Positions 18,452 through 29,300 of a stretch of DNA of 45,804 bases are shown piece after piece. Within the stretch, counting starts at the first letter, position 1. Each line of letters opens with the position of its first letter. The translations under genes and the position numbers were made by a program. The notes below the pieces were generated by a model that was given only the letters and a program-made list of their open reading frames with translations, was not told where the DNA came from and did no database searches. This DNA is from Eubacteriales bacterium. Its GTDB lineage: Bacteria > Bacillota > Clostridia > Oscillospirales > CAG-272. The stretch spans positions 1 through 45,804 of the forward strand of contig JAZQXE010000121.1 of assembly GCA_045632705.1 (NCBI GenBank), given 5' to 3'.

Positions 18452-19681
18452 TCATTGATGAATTATCTGATCGTACGCTTTCTCGGTAAGATCGTATACT
18501 ATCTGCGGGATCTCTTTTCCCTCGGGAGTGCCGAAAACTACGCCCTCACCGTTGATCGTCGAGCTTGAACCGCCGCTCTTCATATCGCACTTGAACGTTC
18601 CGCCAACGACGCTTAACGTGACCTGCGAGGACTGCTTCTGTTTCTGTCCGTTATTTGAAACGACGACCTTACTGTTAGTCGTTGCGCTCATTGAATTGGT
18701 TGCGAGATTGAAGTAAAAGCAGGATATCGTCGTGCTGTCCATAGAGTACTTTACGTCCTCGACGATGACCTCGGCATTCTTTATATCGATCTTATAATCG
18801 ATAGTCGCGCTTTGTGCTTTGCTACCGTCGTAAACTACGTCCTTTATCGTCATTTCGGTAGTCATAGGCACTACTGCACCGTCTGTCACGGGGCTGCATT
18901 CCAAAGACATCGTCATTTCTCCCGACTTGTCGCTGAAGGATATCTCCATCTTGAAGTCTCCGGTTTCCTCGGTGTTTCCCGTTATCTCAAATTTCACCTT
19001 TTTGCCTTCTACGTCGTAGCTGCCGTTACACTTCCAGTCCTTAGAATCAATCACGGAAACGTCCATAGATCTGCTAAACCACTTTACGAGCTCGTCAAGA
19101 TACTCGGAGGTAAACGTGCAAGTTACAAGATCATCGGAAACGACTATCATATCCTCTTTGAGTACGGGAGGAAGGATCGTCTTTTCGCTCTCACCGTATA
19201 AGCCGCCTATGCTGATACCGAAATCGTCGTAAATGGAGGGAACGTGTCCTTCGTCAACGTATTGAACGCTCTCAAGCTCATAAGTATCACCGTTTGCGGT
19301 GAAAAGGAAATGGTATATGTCCTTGACAAGAGAATATTCCTTGTGTCCGTCTCTGTATTCAATAACTGTAACTCCGTCTTTTTGCCATACGCTCTTGACG
19401 GAAGATCCGTACCAGGATTTTTCCGGAAATTCGGTTATTTGATAGTCACCGATAAAGGAATCGAACAGATCGATCGGAGACTCCATTTCCTCAGAGGCTT
19501 CATCGTCGTTCAATATCTTCATCAATTCTTCTTTTATAAGCTGCTTCTCTTCTGCATTCGGATCTGCCGTTTCGAGTGAGGTGTCGGTCGTATCGTTACT
19601 TACGTTTGACGCCTCGAAGCAGGAAGCAAACGAAAGGCATACGATGAGTGCCAAAACGAATATTAATAATTTCTTTTTCAT
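18452..19681 (-). CDS. Putative lipoprotein, unknown function
   Basis: MKKK + hydrophobic core + LSFAS-C lipobox; acidic, beta-rich body. Confidence 0.7.
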   Translation of the reverse strand: MKKKLLIFVLALIVCLSFASCFEASNVSNDTTDTSLETADPNAEEKQLIKEELMKILNDDEASEEMESPIDLFDSFIGDYQITEFPEKSWYGSSVKSVWQKDGVTVIEYRDGHKEYSLVKDIYHFLFTANGDTYELESVQYVDEGHVPSIYDDFGISIGGLYGESEKTILPPVLKEDMIVVSDDLVTCTFTSEYLDELVKWFSRSMDVSVIDSKDWKCNGSYDVEGKKVKFEITGNTEETGDFKMEISFSDKSGEMTMSLECSPVTDGAVVPMTTEMTIKDVVYDGSKAQSATIDYKIDIKNAEVIVEDVKYSMDSTTISCFYFNLATNSMSATTNSKVVVSNNGQKQKQSSQVTLSVVGGTFKCDMKSGGSSSTINGEGVVFGTPEGKEIPQIVYDLTEKAYDQIIHQ

Positions 19682-19860
19682 AACAGTCTCTCCATTCTTA
19701 AAATGATCTCCGAAGAAAGATACACGAAAGTACTCTCTACGTTCACATTATAGCACGCAAATCCAAAGAAAACAATATACGCGGGTGTTTTTTTCGGAGA
19801 TGCGCTACATTATATAAGACGATATTCCGAGCCAAAAGTTAGGGAGCATTTCGTCTTTTT

Positions 19861-21207
19861 TTAAATATCAAGAAGCACCGTACCGTCTTCGTTGTATATT
19901 ACCGCTTCTTTGTCAACGAAAAGTGACGATAAACGCTCGACGTATTCTTCTCTTGACCTGAAATGCACTTTGGCGTTATCGATGACGTATTTTGCCCGCT
20001 CGGCACCGTTTGAGAGCAGCTTGTCGATTATCACAAGCTGTGCCTTTGCGCTATCTATACACGCACTATCAAAATCCGCAATACGGTAAGTCGGGCCGTG
20101 TGCCGCACCCGCACCTCCGCTTCCGAAAGCGTGTACGGCGGGCATTACGAGAGAGATATCACCCATATCGGTGCATCCCGTATCCCACGGCTCGCTGACG
20201 TATTTTGTATTTTCCTCACCGACGACCTCTGCCATTCCCTCGAGCATAACGTCGATGAGGTTTTTATCGTACGCGCCCGGCATATATCCCGGCATATCGG
20301 TAATGTGAACTCGCGCACCGAGCGTAGCGGCAGATGCGGCTACGGCGCGATTGACCTTTTTGTTGATACCAACACAGACCTCGACCTTGTTGGCTCTGAC
20401 CTGATTTTGCATTACGGCAACTCCGGGTACTGAATTTACGACCGTACCGCCCTCGGTGAGTATAGGATGAACGCGCACAAAATCGTAATTATTGAACGTA
20501 TCTCGTATGGCGTTGATCGACGTCAAGGCAAGAGTGGCAGCTGCGAGTGCGTTTATTCCGTGGCGAGGAGCTGCGGCGTGCGTGCTCTTTCCGATAAAGC
20601 GTGCGGTCTTCTTGATGCTTCCGTTACAACCCGGTTTGATCGTAAATTTGTGAGTACCGCCACCCGTATGTATCATAAACGCAAGGTCGCAATCGTCAAA
20701 ATAACCACGCGCGTAAAACTCGCGCTTTCCGCCTGAGAAGCGAATCGTGCCGTTTTTGATAAGCTCTGCAAGGTGGCCCGGATCGGCTCCCTCCTCTGCG
20801 GGAACGATGCAAAGTCTGATGCTTCCGCAAAGCTCTGCCGTAACGCGCGGATCACGCAGAGCCGCAGCAACACCGTAAAGGGCGGCACATTGCGCGTGAT
20901 GACCACAGGCGTGAGCGGCACCTGTTTCTTTATTGGCGTGGGGGTGGTCGGGTATCTTCAATCCGTCAAGCTCGCAAAAGAGCAATATTTTCGGTCCCGG
21001 TCTGCCGGTGTCAACGTCAGTATAAAAGCCCGGAATATTTCCCGCTCTTTTCAGCGTGTATCCGAGTTTTTCATATAGCTCGGCAAGGTAGTCCGACGCC
21101 TCCCATTCCTCGTAACCCGTAGCCGCGTGGTCCTCCATAAAATCGAGGACATTTTTCATTGTATCTTCGTTTTCTTCAACGAGTCCGAAAATAATATCCT
21201 TTTCCAT
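19861..21207 (-). CDS. M20-family amidohydrolase (AbgB/ACY1L2-like)
   Basis: GYEE, ELDGL, HACGHH, PAEE, MIH, GKSTHA, TDMGDIS. Confidence 0.88.
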   Translation of the reverse strand: MEKDIIFGLVEENEDTMKNVLDFMEDHAATGYEEWEASDYLAELYEKLGYTLKRAGNIPGFYTDVDTGRPGPKILLFCELDGLKIPDHPHANKETGAAHACGHHAQCAALYGVAAALRDPRVTAELCGSIRLCIVPAEEGADPGHLAELIKNGTIRFSGGKREFYARGYFDDCDLAFMIHTGGGTHKFTIKPGCNGSIKKTARFIGKSTHAAAPRHGINALAAATLALTSINAIRDTFNNYDFVRVHPILTEGGTVVNSVPGVAVMQNQVRANKVEVCVGINKKVNRAVAASAATLGARVHITDMPGYMPGAYDKNLIDVMLEGMAEVVGEENTKYVSEPWDTGCTDMGDISLVMPAVHAFGSGGAGAAHGPTYRIADFDSACIDSAKAQLVIIDKLLSNGAERAKYVIDNAKVHFRSREEYVERLSSLFVDKEAVIYNEDGTVLLDI

Positions 21208-21876
21208 TCATTTCACTCTCTTTTCTTGTTTTTTCTCTTGGCAAAGGCTCAAAAAGTACGCTAATATCTCAGCTCCGTCAACGGTATCCGTGCGCTTTTT
21301 GGAAAAGCAGGTCCTCTCGGGGTGCCATTGGACCGAAAAAACGGGAAGCGAGAGGTGCTCGCATGATTCTATGCATCCGTCAAGCGAAAAAGACGTGGCG
21401 CGAAGTCCCTCTCCGATCCGATCGACCGCTTGATGATGCGAGCTGTTAGTCGTAAATTCCTCACCGTAAAGTCTGCCGACTATACAGTCGGATAAAGCTC
21501 TGACTCCATGTATCTTATCTCCATTAACGTCAGCCGTGTGCAGATGGGATCTGTCAAGATGCTGATAAAGCGTACCGCCAAAATAGACGTTTATAATTTG
21601 ATGCCCTCTGCAAATACCGAAAACAGGCTTTTTCTCTTTTACGAATCGTTCGATCAAGGCAAGCTCCGCCTTATCCCTCTCAACGTCTATACCGACGGAG
21701 GCGTCGTTTCGTTGATGATAAAACGAAGGATCGATATCCCCACCGCCGCACAGCAAAAGTCCGTCCGCATCGTCGTCGGCAGATCCGGTATAGATCAGCG
21801 TTTTGGCAACTCCGAGTGCCTTTAAGGCTTCCACGTAATTTTGCAGGTTGTTTTTCCCCGATAGCAGTATTCTCAT
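21208..21876 (-). CDS. Peptidase C26 / gamma-glutamyl hydrolase (class I GATase fold)
   Basis: GGGDIDP, GICRGHQ (nucleophile Cys), NSSHHQAV, VQWHPE. Confidence 0.9.
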   Translation of the reverse strand: MRILLSGKNNLQNYVEALKALGVAKTLIYTGSADDDADGLLLCGGGDIDPSFYHQRNDASVGIDVERDKAELALIERFVKEKKPVFGICRGHQIINVYFGGTLYQHLDRSHLHTADVNGDKIHGVRALSDCIVGRLYGEEFTTNSSHHQAVDRIGEGLRATSFSLDGCIESCEHLSLPVFSVQWHPERTCFSKKRTDTVDGAEILAYFLSLCQEKKQEKRVK

Positions 21877-21963
21877 TTTATCTATATCCTCACGCTCGTA
21901 TCGTTTTTATACGATACTTATGCTTCGTTTATATGTTATCATACATATCTTCAAAAATCAACG

Positions 21964-22002
21964 AAAAAAACAAAAGCGGAGCGCAAATGCACGCTCCGCT
22001 TT
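21964..22002 (-). terminator. Intrinsic terminator closing the pilus run
   Basis: Stem aaagcggagcg / cgctccgcttt followed on the minus strand by a T-rich tail. Confidence 0.8.
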
Positions 22003-22018
22003 CACAGCATTGTATTTA

Positions 22019-22609
22019 TCAATACGGTGTATCGCAATAAACGACGAGATAATCAAAGGAATATACGTTTTTGATAAACAAAGTAAACGCGGACTGCTCA
22101 CGTTCAAGTGCCGCTTTGTCAGCGTGCTTTTCATAACGCATACTGCTTATCTTATAAGTAAATCTGTTCCCCTCGGCATCCGTGAAAACGACAACGTCGC
22201 CAACCGAGAGATCACGGTAAAAATCGTACTGTCCGTCCTGCGTCGTTGCGCCGACAACGATGCTTTTATCGTAAACGCTACCGCTAAAACGACACGGATA
22301 TTTTGATACGCTTCCCCACTGCGCCCCTACGGGAAGCACGGAGCCGTGGCGAGGTATTTCGATAATACCGAGAAAGTCGGTTCCGTTGACCGACAAAATA
22401 GACATAGTGTTATCTCTGCGTTCTTCTACTCCCGCATCTCGAACGTCTGGAAGGAGCGTCCGCAACGTATCAACGCAGTTTTCCGCCTGTCTGCGAGAAG
22501 AGTAGATATTCCATTGCCAAAGCGAAAGCGTAACTAACGCAGCCGCAAGCAAGCATACACCAAAGACGACACAGAGCTTTCGCATGAGAGGCATCTTGTT
22601 ATCTTTCAT
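22019..22609 (-). CDS. Sortase-fold protein lacking the catalytic triad (pseudo-sortase)
   Basis: N-terminal TM; LGIIEIP...LPV, PCRFSGS, LSVGDVVVFTD..G..FTY sortase scaffold; TLFIKN in place of TLxTC. Confidence 0.7.
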   Translation of the reverse strand: MKDNKMPLMRKLCVVFGVCLLAAALVTLSLWQWNIYSSRRQAENCVDTLRTLLPDVRDAGVEERRDNTMSILSVNGTDFLGIIEIPRHGSVLPVGAQWGSVSKYPCRFSGSVYDKSIVVGATTQDGQYDFYRDLSVGDVVVFTDAEGNRFTYKISSMRYEKHADKAALEREQSAFTLFIKNVYSFDYLVVYCDTPY

Positions 22610-23552
22610 CGGCTTTTCTTCTTCCGACTATACCAAGTATCAGCAAAGCCGTTCCCGACAAAGCAAACAAAACGACGTACAGCATTATGCTCGACGTATC
22701 TCCCGTATTTGGCGGTTTGCTCGGGTCGTCGGGATGAACGTATGTGTTTGTGATAACGAGCGAGTTATCCCTCTCCTCCACCGTCATCGTATAGCCGCTC
22801 GGAACGTCAAGTTCCGCTACCGTCCAATCAGAGCCGTCGTCTTTTGCCTTCCAGACGTACGACCAGTTTTCTTTCTCGGAGAGAATGACCGTTTCATAGA
22901 CGACGCCGTCGCGGAATATCTCTACTTCAACGCTATTCGGTCTGCTGTCACTTCCCTCGTCTCCACGCCAAAGCTTGAGGAGTTTAAACTCCTTTTCACC
23001 GTCGTCGGTTATCTGCTCCGCCTTTGCATTCACACGAGCCTGGTACTGCCAACTGCCGTCCTGCTCGAGTATCGGCAAGGTTACCAATGAACTCTCAAAG
23101 CGACAATGAATCTCCCCGCTCGACGCTTGGTCTGCTACGGCAAGGTAAAGACCGCACTCGAGCTCTTCAAAGCTCACTACACCCTCGTCGTTTGTTTGGG
23201 CAACGGCATCGGGCTCAATACTGCGCGAGGTAATATACGCCTCAAGAGTTGAGCGGATGACGTCCCATTCTCCCGACGTTTGTATTCCGTTGAGAGTCAA
23301 GCCGAAAGTGCCCAACGCGGGAGTCAAAGTATATTTGTAATCTGCCGAGATAGCGGCAATTCCGTATAGCTTTACAGAAACGTTAGAAAATGCGGTTTCT
23401 CCATAAAGATACGATATGGAAAGCGAACATTCGCTCTCGGGATCTATCGGTTCTACGGCGTCAGAGGTGGATGCCGCTTGCGCCCCCAAAGTCACGCAGA
23501 ATAAGCACAGGCATAGCAAAAGCGCGGCAATTCCTTTTTTCCCTTTCATCAT
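22599..23552 (-). CDS. Cell-wall-anchored CnaB-domain protein (putative basal/ancillary pilin)
   Basis: Signal peptide; KLW....RP.SVEVEI...L...NWSYVW...E..VPSGY...ITNT CnaB domain; PPNTGD + TM + basic tail. Confidence 0.8.
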   Translation of the reverse strand: MMKGKKGIAALLLCLCLFCVTLGAQAASTSDAVEPIDPESECSLSISYLYGETAFSNVSVKLYGIAAISADYKYTLTPALGTFGLTLNGIQTSGEWDVIRSTLEAYITSRSIEPDAVAQTNDEGVVSFEELECGLYLAVADQASSGEIHCRFESSLVTLPILEQDGSWQYQARVNAKAEQITDDGEKEFKLLKLWRGDEGSDSRPNSVEVEIFRDGVVYETVILSEKENWSYVWKAKDDGSDWTVAELDVPSGYTMTVEERDNSLVITNTYVHPDDPSKPPNTGDTSSIMLYVVLFALSGTALLILGIVGRRKADER

Positions 23553-23576
23553 ATATCTACCTCCTCAAGTAGCCTT

Positions 23577-24446
23577 CTACGGCGTTTTGTTTTCATCTTT
23601 AGGTTTTAGGTCATGTTTTTTTCGTGGGTCCTTGGGCGGTTCTCTGTACTTGACGAGCAAATGTATAAGAAGCACCAGCAGCATAGGCGCTGCAACTGCG
23701 GGGGTTACGAGTAGCGGCTCTATGCGGAACGCCTCGTTTGAAACGTAAATAATGGGTTTTTGCTCGACAGTTTCTATCCTGACACCGCGAACTAACAATC
23801 GATGGGTGTTGATACCGTAAGGCGTGCAGGTAAAAAGAGTACAATAGTCGCCTCCATCTATGATCTGAAGATCGGAAATGTCGGTAGGCTCTATGACCTT
23901 TATCTGATCGACCTGATAGGTCAGGATGCGGTCAAGCACAACTATCTGAAAGGTATCCCCTATCTCCACTCTGTCTAGATCTGTAAAAAGTTTGGAGCTG
24001 GGCAAGCCTCTGTGTGCAGACATAACGGAGTGGGTGTTTTCCCCTCCGACGGGCAAGCTGCTGCCCTCGAGATGTCCGACGCCTTTACTCAACACTTTTT
24101 CCGACGTGCCGTGATAAATGGGGAGTTCAACGCCAATGCGCTCGATCTTCAAATATCCGATCAAATCGCTATCGGTTACGCGGAGCGTATCGTCGTATCC
24201 GGATACTTGTCCGTAGTCTCTGAGCGGAAAATCCGTTTTGAAGAGCTCTTCGTTATACGTATATGCCTTTTCAAAAATAGCGGTATAGTCTTCCTCGTTT
24301 AAATCTTCCAAAACCGATTCGTAGTTTGTGATGGCGCGGCTTTGAGTCTTACTGTTCCAGAAATTGCTGAATGCAGGATATAACAGAATAGAGACGCCTA
24401 CCAAAAAACCAAAGGTAAGAAATATCCCAGTCTTATGCTTTCTCAT
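23577..24446 (-). CDS. srtC: Class C (pilin-polymerising) sortase
   Basis: LPIYHGT, GHLEGSSLPVGG, SAHRGLP, TLFTCTPYGINTHRLLVRG; N- and C-terminal TM. Confidence 0.93.
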   Translation of the reverse strand: MRKHKTGIFLTFGFLVGVSILLYPAFSNFWNSKTQSRAITNYESVLEDLNEEDYTAIFEKAYTYNEELFKTDFPLRDYGQVSGYDDTLRVTDSDLIGYLKIERIGVELPIYHGTSEKVLSKGVGHLEGSSLPVGGENTHSVMSAHRGLPSSKLFTDLDRVEIGDTFQIVVLDRILTYQVDQIKVIEPTDISDLQIIDGGDYCTLFTCTPYGINTHRLLVRGVRIETVEQKPIIYVSNEAFRIEPLLVTPAVAAPMLLVLLIHLLVKYREPPKDPRKKHDLKPKDENKTP

Positions 24447-24474
24447 AGGCATCTCCTTTCCGTTATACTTATAC

Positions 24475-24500
24475 GGGAGGAGAAGATATCCTCTCCTCCC
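24475..24500. other. Intercistronic stem-loop after the major pilin gene
   Basis: gggaggaga-8 nt-tctcctccc with no poly-T tail. Confidence 0.6.
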
Positions 24501-24517
24501 ATATACGTCTTAAGTTA

Positions 24518-26284
24518 TCAGTCGTTGTATATCGACATCTTCTTGTGGGTTATAAGGAATACTGCAAAGCCGATAGTGAGTACGGTTCCTATCGTGATAA
24601 GCCAGAAGGTTCCCTCTCCACCGGTGGAAGGAAGCTCAACGCCCTTGCTGTTTTCAACGATGGTGGAGGTTGCCGTATAGGTGATCCTCACCTGCTCACC
24701 CGTTGCGGTCTGTGAATCAACGACGTTGCCGTTTGCGTCAGCAATTACAAAGAAGCTGTGGTTAGTCTGACCAACTGTAACTACAGTGGTAGTAGCCATC
24801 TTGTTATATCCGTTAGGAGCTTCGATCTCCTTCAAGTAGTAGTTGCCTGCTTCAAGTCCAAGAATGACGAGCTTACCGTTTGCCTCGGAGGTAACTACGT
24901 TCTTCTGAGTGGTTGCCCAGTTTTCGCCAAGATATGCTTCAAGATATGCTTCGTACTTGCCGCGGGAGGTATCTCTGAACTCACCGCTGACGTGGGTGTT
25001 GAGGTCGTCAAGGATGTAAACGCCCTTGATGTTGGTGGGGATAACGTATACGGGATCTTCGCAATCCTCGTCGCGATATACCTCAAATACTGCACCTGCA
25101 AGGTGTGCGCCCGTATCGGCATCGATCTTTTCAAGTCCGAGAGCGTATACGGTGATGGTAGTGGTGCTGGGTTCATCAGGACCGTCGGTGGTGTCGGAGG
25201 TCCAGCTCAGGTCTGCGGTATTCCACAGATTGTTGCTCTGACCGCCGCCGATAGTTGCGCCGGGTTCGATCGACGCTTTGTACTTAACTATAACCTCTAC
25301 GGGAGACTTGTAGATAGAGCTTGCTTCATCCCCGTAGGTCAAGGCAAAGTCGTTGGTGGTGCCTTCAAAATGATAGTCATCCATCCAGGGAATAACGATA
25401 TCGAATGCGTCAAATCCACGGTGTACCATATACCACTGAGCATTGTCGGCACTTGCCTTCTCTGCCTCAGTCCAGGTACCGAAATATTTCCACTCGCCCG
25501 TATTGTGAGTGCCTGCGATGCCGTGGTAGTAACCGCGGTCAAGCTTTACTCCGTCTACCCAAACCTCGACGCTATTGAATTCTACCCAAAGAGCGTCGCC
25601 CTTGGTATCGGCAACGGTGTAGTATTTGATCTGCTTCTCACCGTCGTAGTTTGTAGCGTCAAACTCAACCTGGAAGTTGACGTAATCGCCAATATTTGCA
25701 GAGGAGCCGGTTAACCAAGTATTATCTTCTTCGTCCCAAACCTTTTTGCTGAAATCAGTACCGGGGACCTGGTTCTTGTCGATGACCTGGACGTTGGGGG
25801 TATTGCTGTCGATGGTGACTGCGGCACCGTTGCCCTTGTCGATAAGATAGTAACCGTAAGGAAGTCCGCTGAATACGAGGGTAGCAGCGTCTGCGGTTTC
25901 GGTCTTTACTGCGGTAAAGTTATCTTCCTCACTGCGAACCATATCGGTAAGGTAACCTATGATATCGCTGTTCTGAGTGTTTTCCTTTCTGGTGACCTCA
26001 CCCGTAACCGAGTCGTACTCAAAGTAGGTGTTTTCACTCTTGCCGTCTTCTCCGAACATATATTCGAAGAACTGATTGTTCTTGGTTATGCTGTAAGAAA
26101 CGGCGTCCGTGTTACCGTTTGCATCGGTGCTGTAGGTAGCATCGAAGATCTTATATAAGCTGTAAACATTGTCGATGGTTGCGTTTGTGATAGTGATCGT
26201 TCCGGTGTTATCGTCAGCAAAAACGGTAATGCCGAGAGAAAGAACGACGGTCAGCATCACAAGAATAGTTAAAAACTTTTTCAT
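24518..26284 (-). CDS. Major (backbone) pilin, SpaA/SpaH-like
   Basis: Signal peptide; VIDKN pilin-motif variant; E-box YYLKEIEAPNGY; LPSTGG + TM + basic tail. Confidence 0.88.
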   Translation of the reverse strand: MKKFLTILVMLTVVLSLGITVFADDNTGTITITNATIDNVYSLYKIFDATYSTDANGNTDAVSYSITKNNQFFEYMFGEDGKSENTYFEYDSVTGEVTRKENTQNSDIIGYLTDMVRSEEDNFTAVKTETADAATLVFSGLPYGYYLIDKGNGAAVTIDSNTPNVQVIDKNQVPGTDFSKKVWDEEDNTWLTGSSANIGDYVNFQVEFDATNYDGEKQIKYYTVADTKGDALWVEFNSVEVWVDGVKLDRGYYHGIAGTHNTGEWKYFGTWTEAEKASADNAQWYMVHRGFDAFDIVIPWMDDYHFEGTTNDFALTYGDEASSIYKSPVEVIVKYKASIEPGATIGGGQSNNLWNTADLSWTSDTTDGPDEPSTTTITVYALGLEKIDADTGAHLAGAVFEVYRDEDCEDPVYVIPTNIKGVYILDDLNTHVSGEFRDTSRGKYEAYLEAYLGENWATTQKNVVTSEANGKLVILGLEAGNYYLKEIEAPNGYNKMATTTVVTVGQTNHSFFVIADANGNVVDSQTATGEQVRITYTATSTIVENSKGVELPSTGGEGTFWLITIGTVLTIGFAVFLITHKKMSIYND

Positions 26285-26367
26285 GGTATATTTCCTTTCA
26301 TTAATAAAATCTATTTTTAGAAATCAGCTAGGCTCATACTAAATATCTTTACGCCGATCGCGGAGGC

Positions 26368-29300
26368 CTAATTCTTTGACCTCCTTTTGTTTCTGCGCCT
26401 CAAGCTGAATCCGTATACAAACGGGCCGAGTACCAGTATCAGTCCGCATATCATATAAATAAACGTTCCGCTGCCACCGGTGGACGGAAGAGCATATCCT
26501 CGAAGGTTTTCCACCGTAAGCGTTAGCGTCTTATTGCCCGTATAATACTCCGCGTTTATTCCGCTTGGCGTTTCGGAAGTATTTCCGTATGCATCGCAGA
26601 AAGAGAAAGAAACGGTATTATTTGCGGGTATAAGTTTAAAGAAGATCTCTTTTGTGATGATCGCATATCCGTTGGGTGCTCGTTGCTCTACGAGCTTGTA
26701 AAGCACCTCCGGCAGAAGCTCGGAGAACGAAACGCGTCCGTCGGTGTCTGTAGTAAGCGTTTGTACTAAACGGAATTCCCCGTTTTCATAGAGATACAAA
26801 CCGAAGATCGCACCGGAAAGCGGTTTGTTTTGCTCGGAATCGATCTTGTGCAGAGAAAGAATATGCGTATTCTTTTCCCACTGGGCATAGAGCGTTGTGA
26901 GCGTCTGTGTCAAAGCAATGGGAGAGTCAGGCGCATACGCCGTTCCGCTTCCGTCAGGCGCGGTATTCCATCCGATAAAGGTATATCCCGCTCGAGTGAA
27001 CCACGCCGTGCCATCCGTCTTTACATTGCCCCATACGGATGCAGTTGCGTTTATCTTGTAGGCAAAGCCGGTTTCATTAGGATAGATATCTATCGGTGTT
27101 CCACCGTTTGGATCGTAGCGCAGATAAACGACGTCCTCTGCCTTTGCCCATTGAGCCGTAAATATCATGGTTCTGGGCCATCGTACAGGTACGTGATCTC
27201 CAGGCTGATAAACGATACCGTTTCGGTCAAGCAACCATCCAACGAATATCATATTGAGATCGGAGTTGGCAGTTTCGCCGCGAGAGGCAACCGGCACCTC
27301 TGATTGCCATATAGTGTACTCGTTGTCGTCTTTGGGGGCGCTTCCCGGTATACCGCCCTGGGGAGCGTTAGGATCGTAAACTACCGTAGTATGTGATTCA
27401 TCCCACGTTCCGTATATACGGATCACATTTACGACCACTTCTTCACCGTTGATGACGCGTATCTCCTGTACGCCGTATTCGCCGTACATGGGAACGTCCC
27501 AGTCAAAGCGCTGGAACTGTCCTTCACCGTACTCCTGCCATACCCACCCCTGCGGATATACCGTCATTGTCGGATACTGAAGCAGTTCACCGTCGTCAAA
27601 ATAATGCGATTCAAACGGATCGGTCGAGGATCTGTCATCGTAATATTCTACGATGTTGTTGGATATCTTTTCCCACTTGGCAATAAATATCATCGTGTTG
27701 TTCTCGCTGTCGCCGACGACGACCATAGATTCCCAGTCCTCTGCTTCCAACACAAAACCATTGGTATCCAACCAACCCGCAAATTCATAGCCTTCTCTTT
27801 GTAAGAGAGCGTGGTATGCGTAGCTTGGCATACCAAACTGATATTCACCGATCTTTTCACCGTAGGCTACGTTTTCATATTTGACGATCTCGTTTGATCC
27901 GTCTCCGTTACTGTCGTAACCAAAGTTGAACTGAATATTTATATGAAGGCGTGTGTAATAGAAAATATAAGCTTTATCAATGTCTCGCAGACTATCGACG
28001 CCGTCGTAGACGTTGTAATAATTCCAATAGGTAGTACCGAACAACGTTTTGACCGACGTGCCGCCGAGTTTACTCGTAGTTGAGTTCAAATTGGTATAAG
28101 AGGCACTGCCATCCTTTACGCAACCAAGAAGCTCCTTTTGAGTAAAATCACCGCTGTGATTTACGACCTCGCTCAGCTGAGTCTGCACTTTGTAGCCTAC
28201 GCCGTCGATCGTAAAGTCTGCCTTTTCTCCGGGCAGACACTCAACTGCATACATCAAAGCAATTTTATCTTGATCGTCAAAAACTGCCGTCAGGCTGTAC
28301 GGAGTTAATTTTCTGCCGCTGCCGCTGAAAAAGTCAGCAGAGAGATCCTCGCGTCGAGAGGAGAACTTTTGGCTATTGCCCGTCAAATACCAATGGAATG
28401 CAGTATCCCTCGTCGTCAGCCAGCTTCCGCCTACGGGATAGACCTCGTAGATTCGCTGACCGTATTTCATATTATGCAGAGTATAATAGTTGTTAGAGTT
28501 ATCCCCGACCGACGAGGCTGCGGTATAGCTCCAACGAATATTCTCGGCAGAAACACCGGTGGCGCTGACGTTCTTACCCGTCGTTGTGGGTTTGGTTCCT
28601 GTGTAAGTCACAGAACCGGTGATAAGACCGTCTCTATATAATTTGAAGACGTCTATATAGGCACCGGAATTACTGTTTGAGATAGTAAATACGATATCGT
28701 TGCGCACGCGCATGTAGTCGAAGTTGATAATGGTATCTCCTGCACTACTGATAGGTCGCGTGCTGTACGGCACCTCACCGCCCGTATAAACGTCATCCCA
28801 GTTTACTTCATCAGACCAGGTAGTTGACGTGTTGTTATAGATGAAATATGTAGCGTATACGTCGCTCAACGTTGCCTTTTGTGTCAACGCTGCGTTCGTA
28901 TAAACGGGATATTCTACTCCATCGATCACACTTACGACCTGATGCGAGCCGGTTCTGTTATTTCCGCTACCGCTATAAGAAGATCTCACGAGGATATGTG
29001 AGCCTGCTTTTGCGTACCACGTGCCGATGATGTCCGCCTGCGTCATACCGGTATCATTGGCGTTTTCGATACGCAGTATCGCCTCAAATGGCACGTAACC
29101 CGAATCCCACGTTGCATAAAACGTGGTAGTTTCGTTAAGCTTTTGTACGCCCGATACCGAAGTTCCGTCTTTCAACGTCCATCCCGCAAACACGTAACCT
29201 TGCCTTTCGGGTCTGTATTGATCAAGATCGATCGTGCCGCCGATAGTTACCGTTACGGGGTCGACCTTGGTTCCGTAGGTGACGAATATCGCTCTGCAGA

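Noticed and set aside
24758-25714. 318-aa plus-strand ORF
   Set aside because: Wholly antisense to the major pilin; a shadow of codon bias with no motif.
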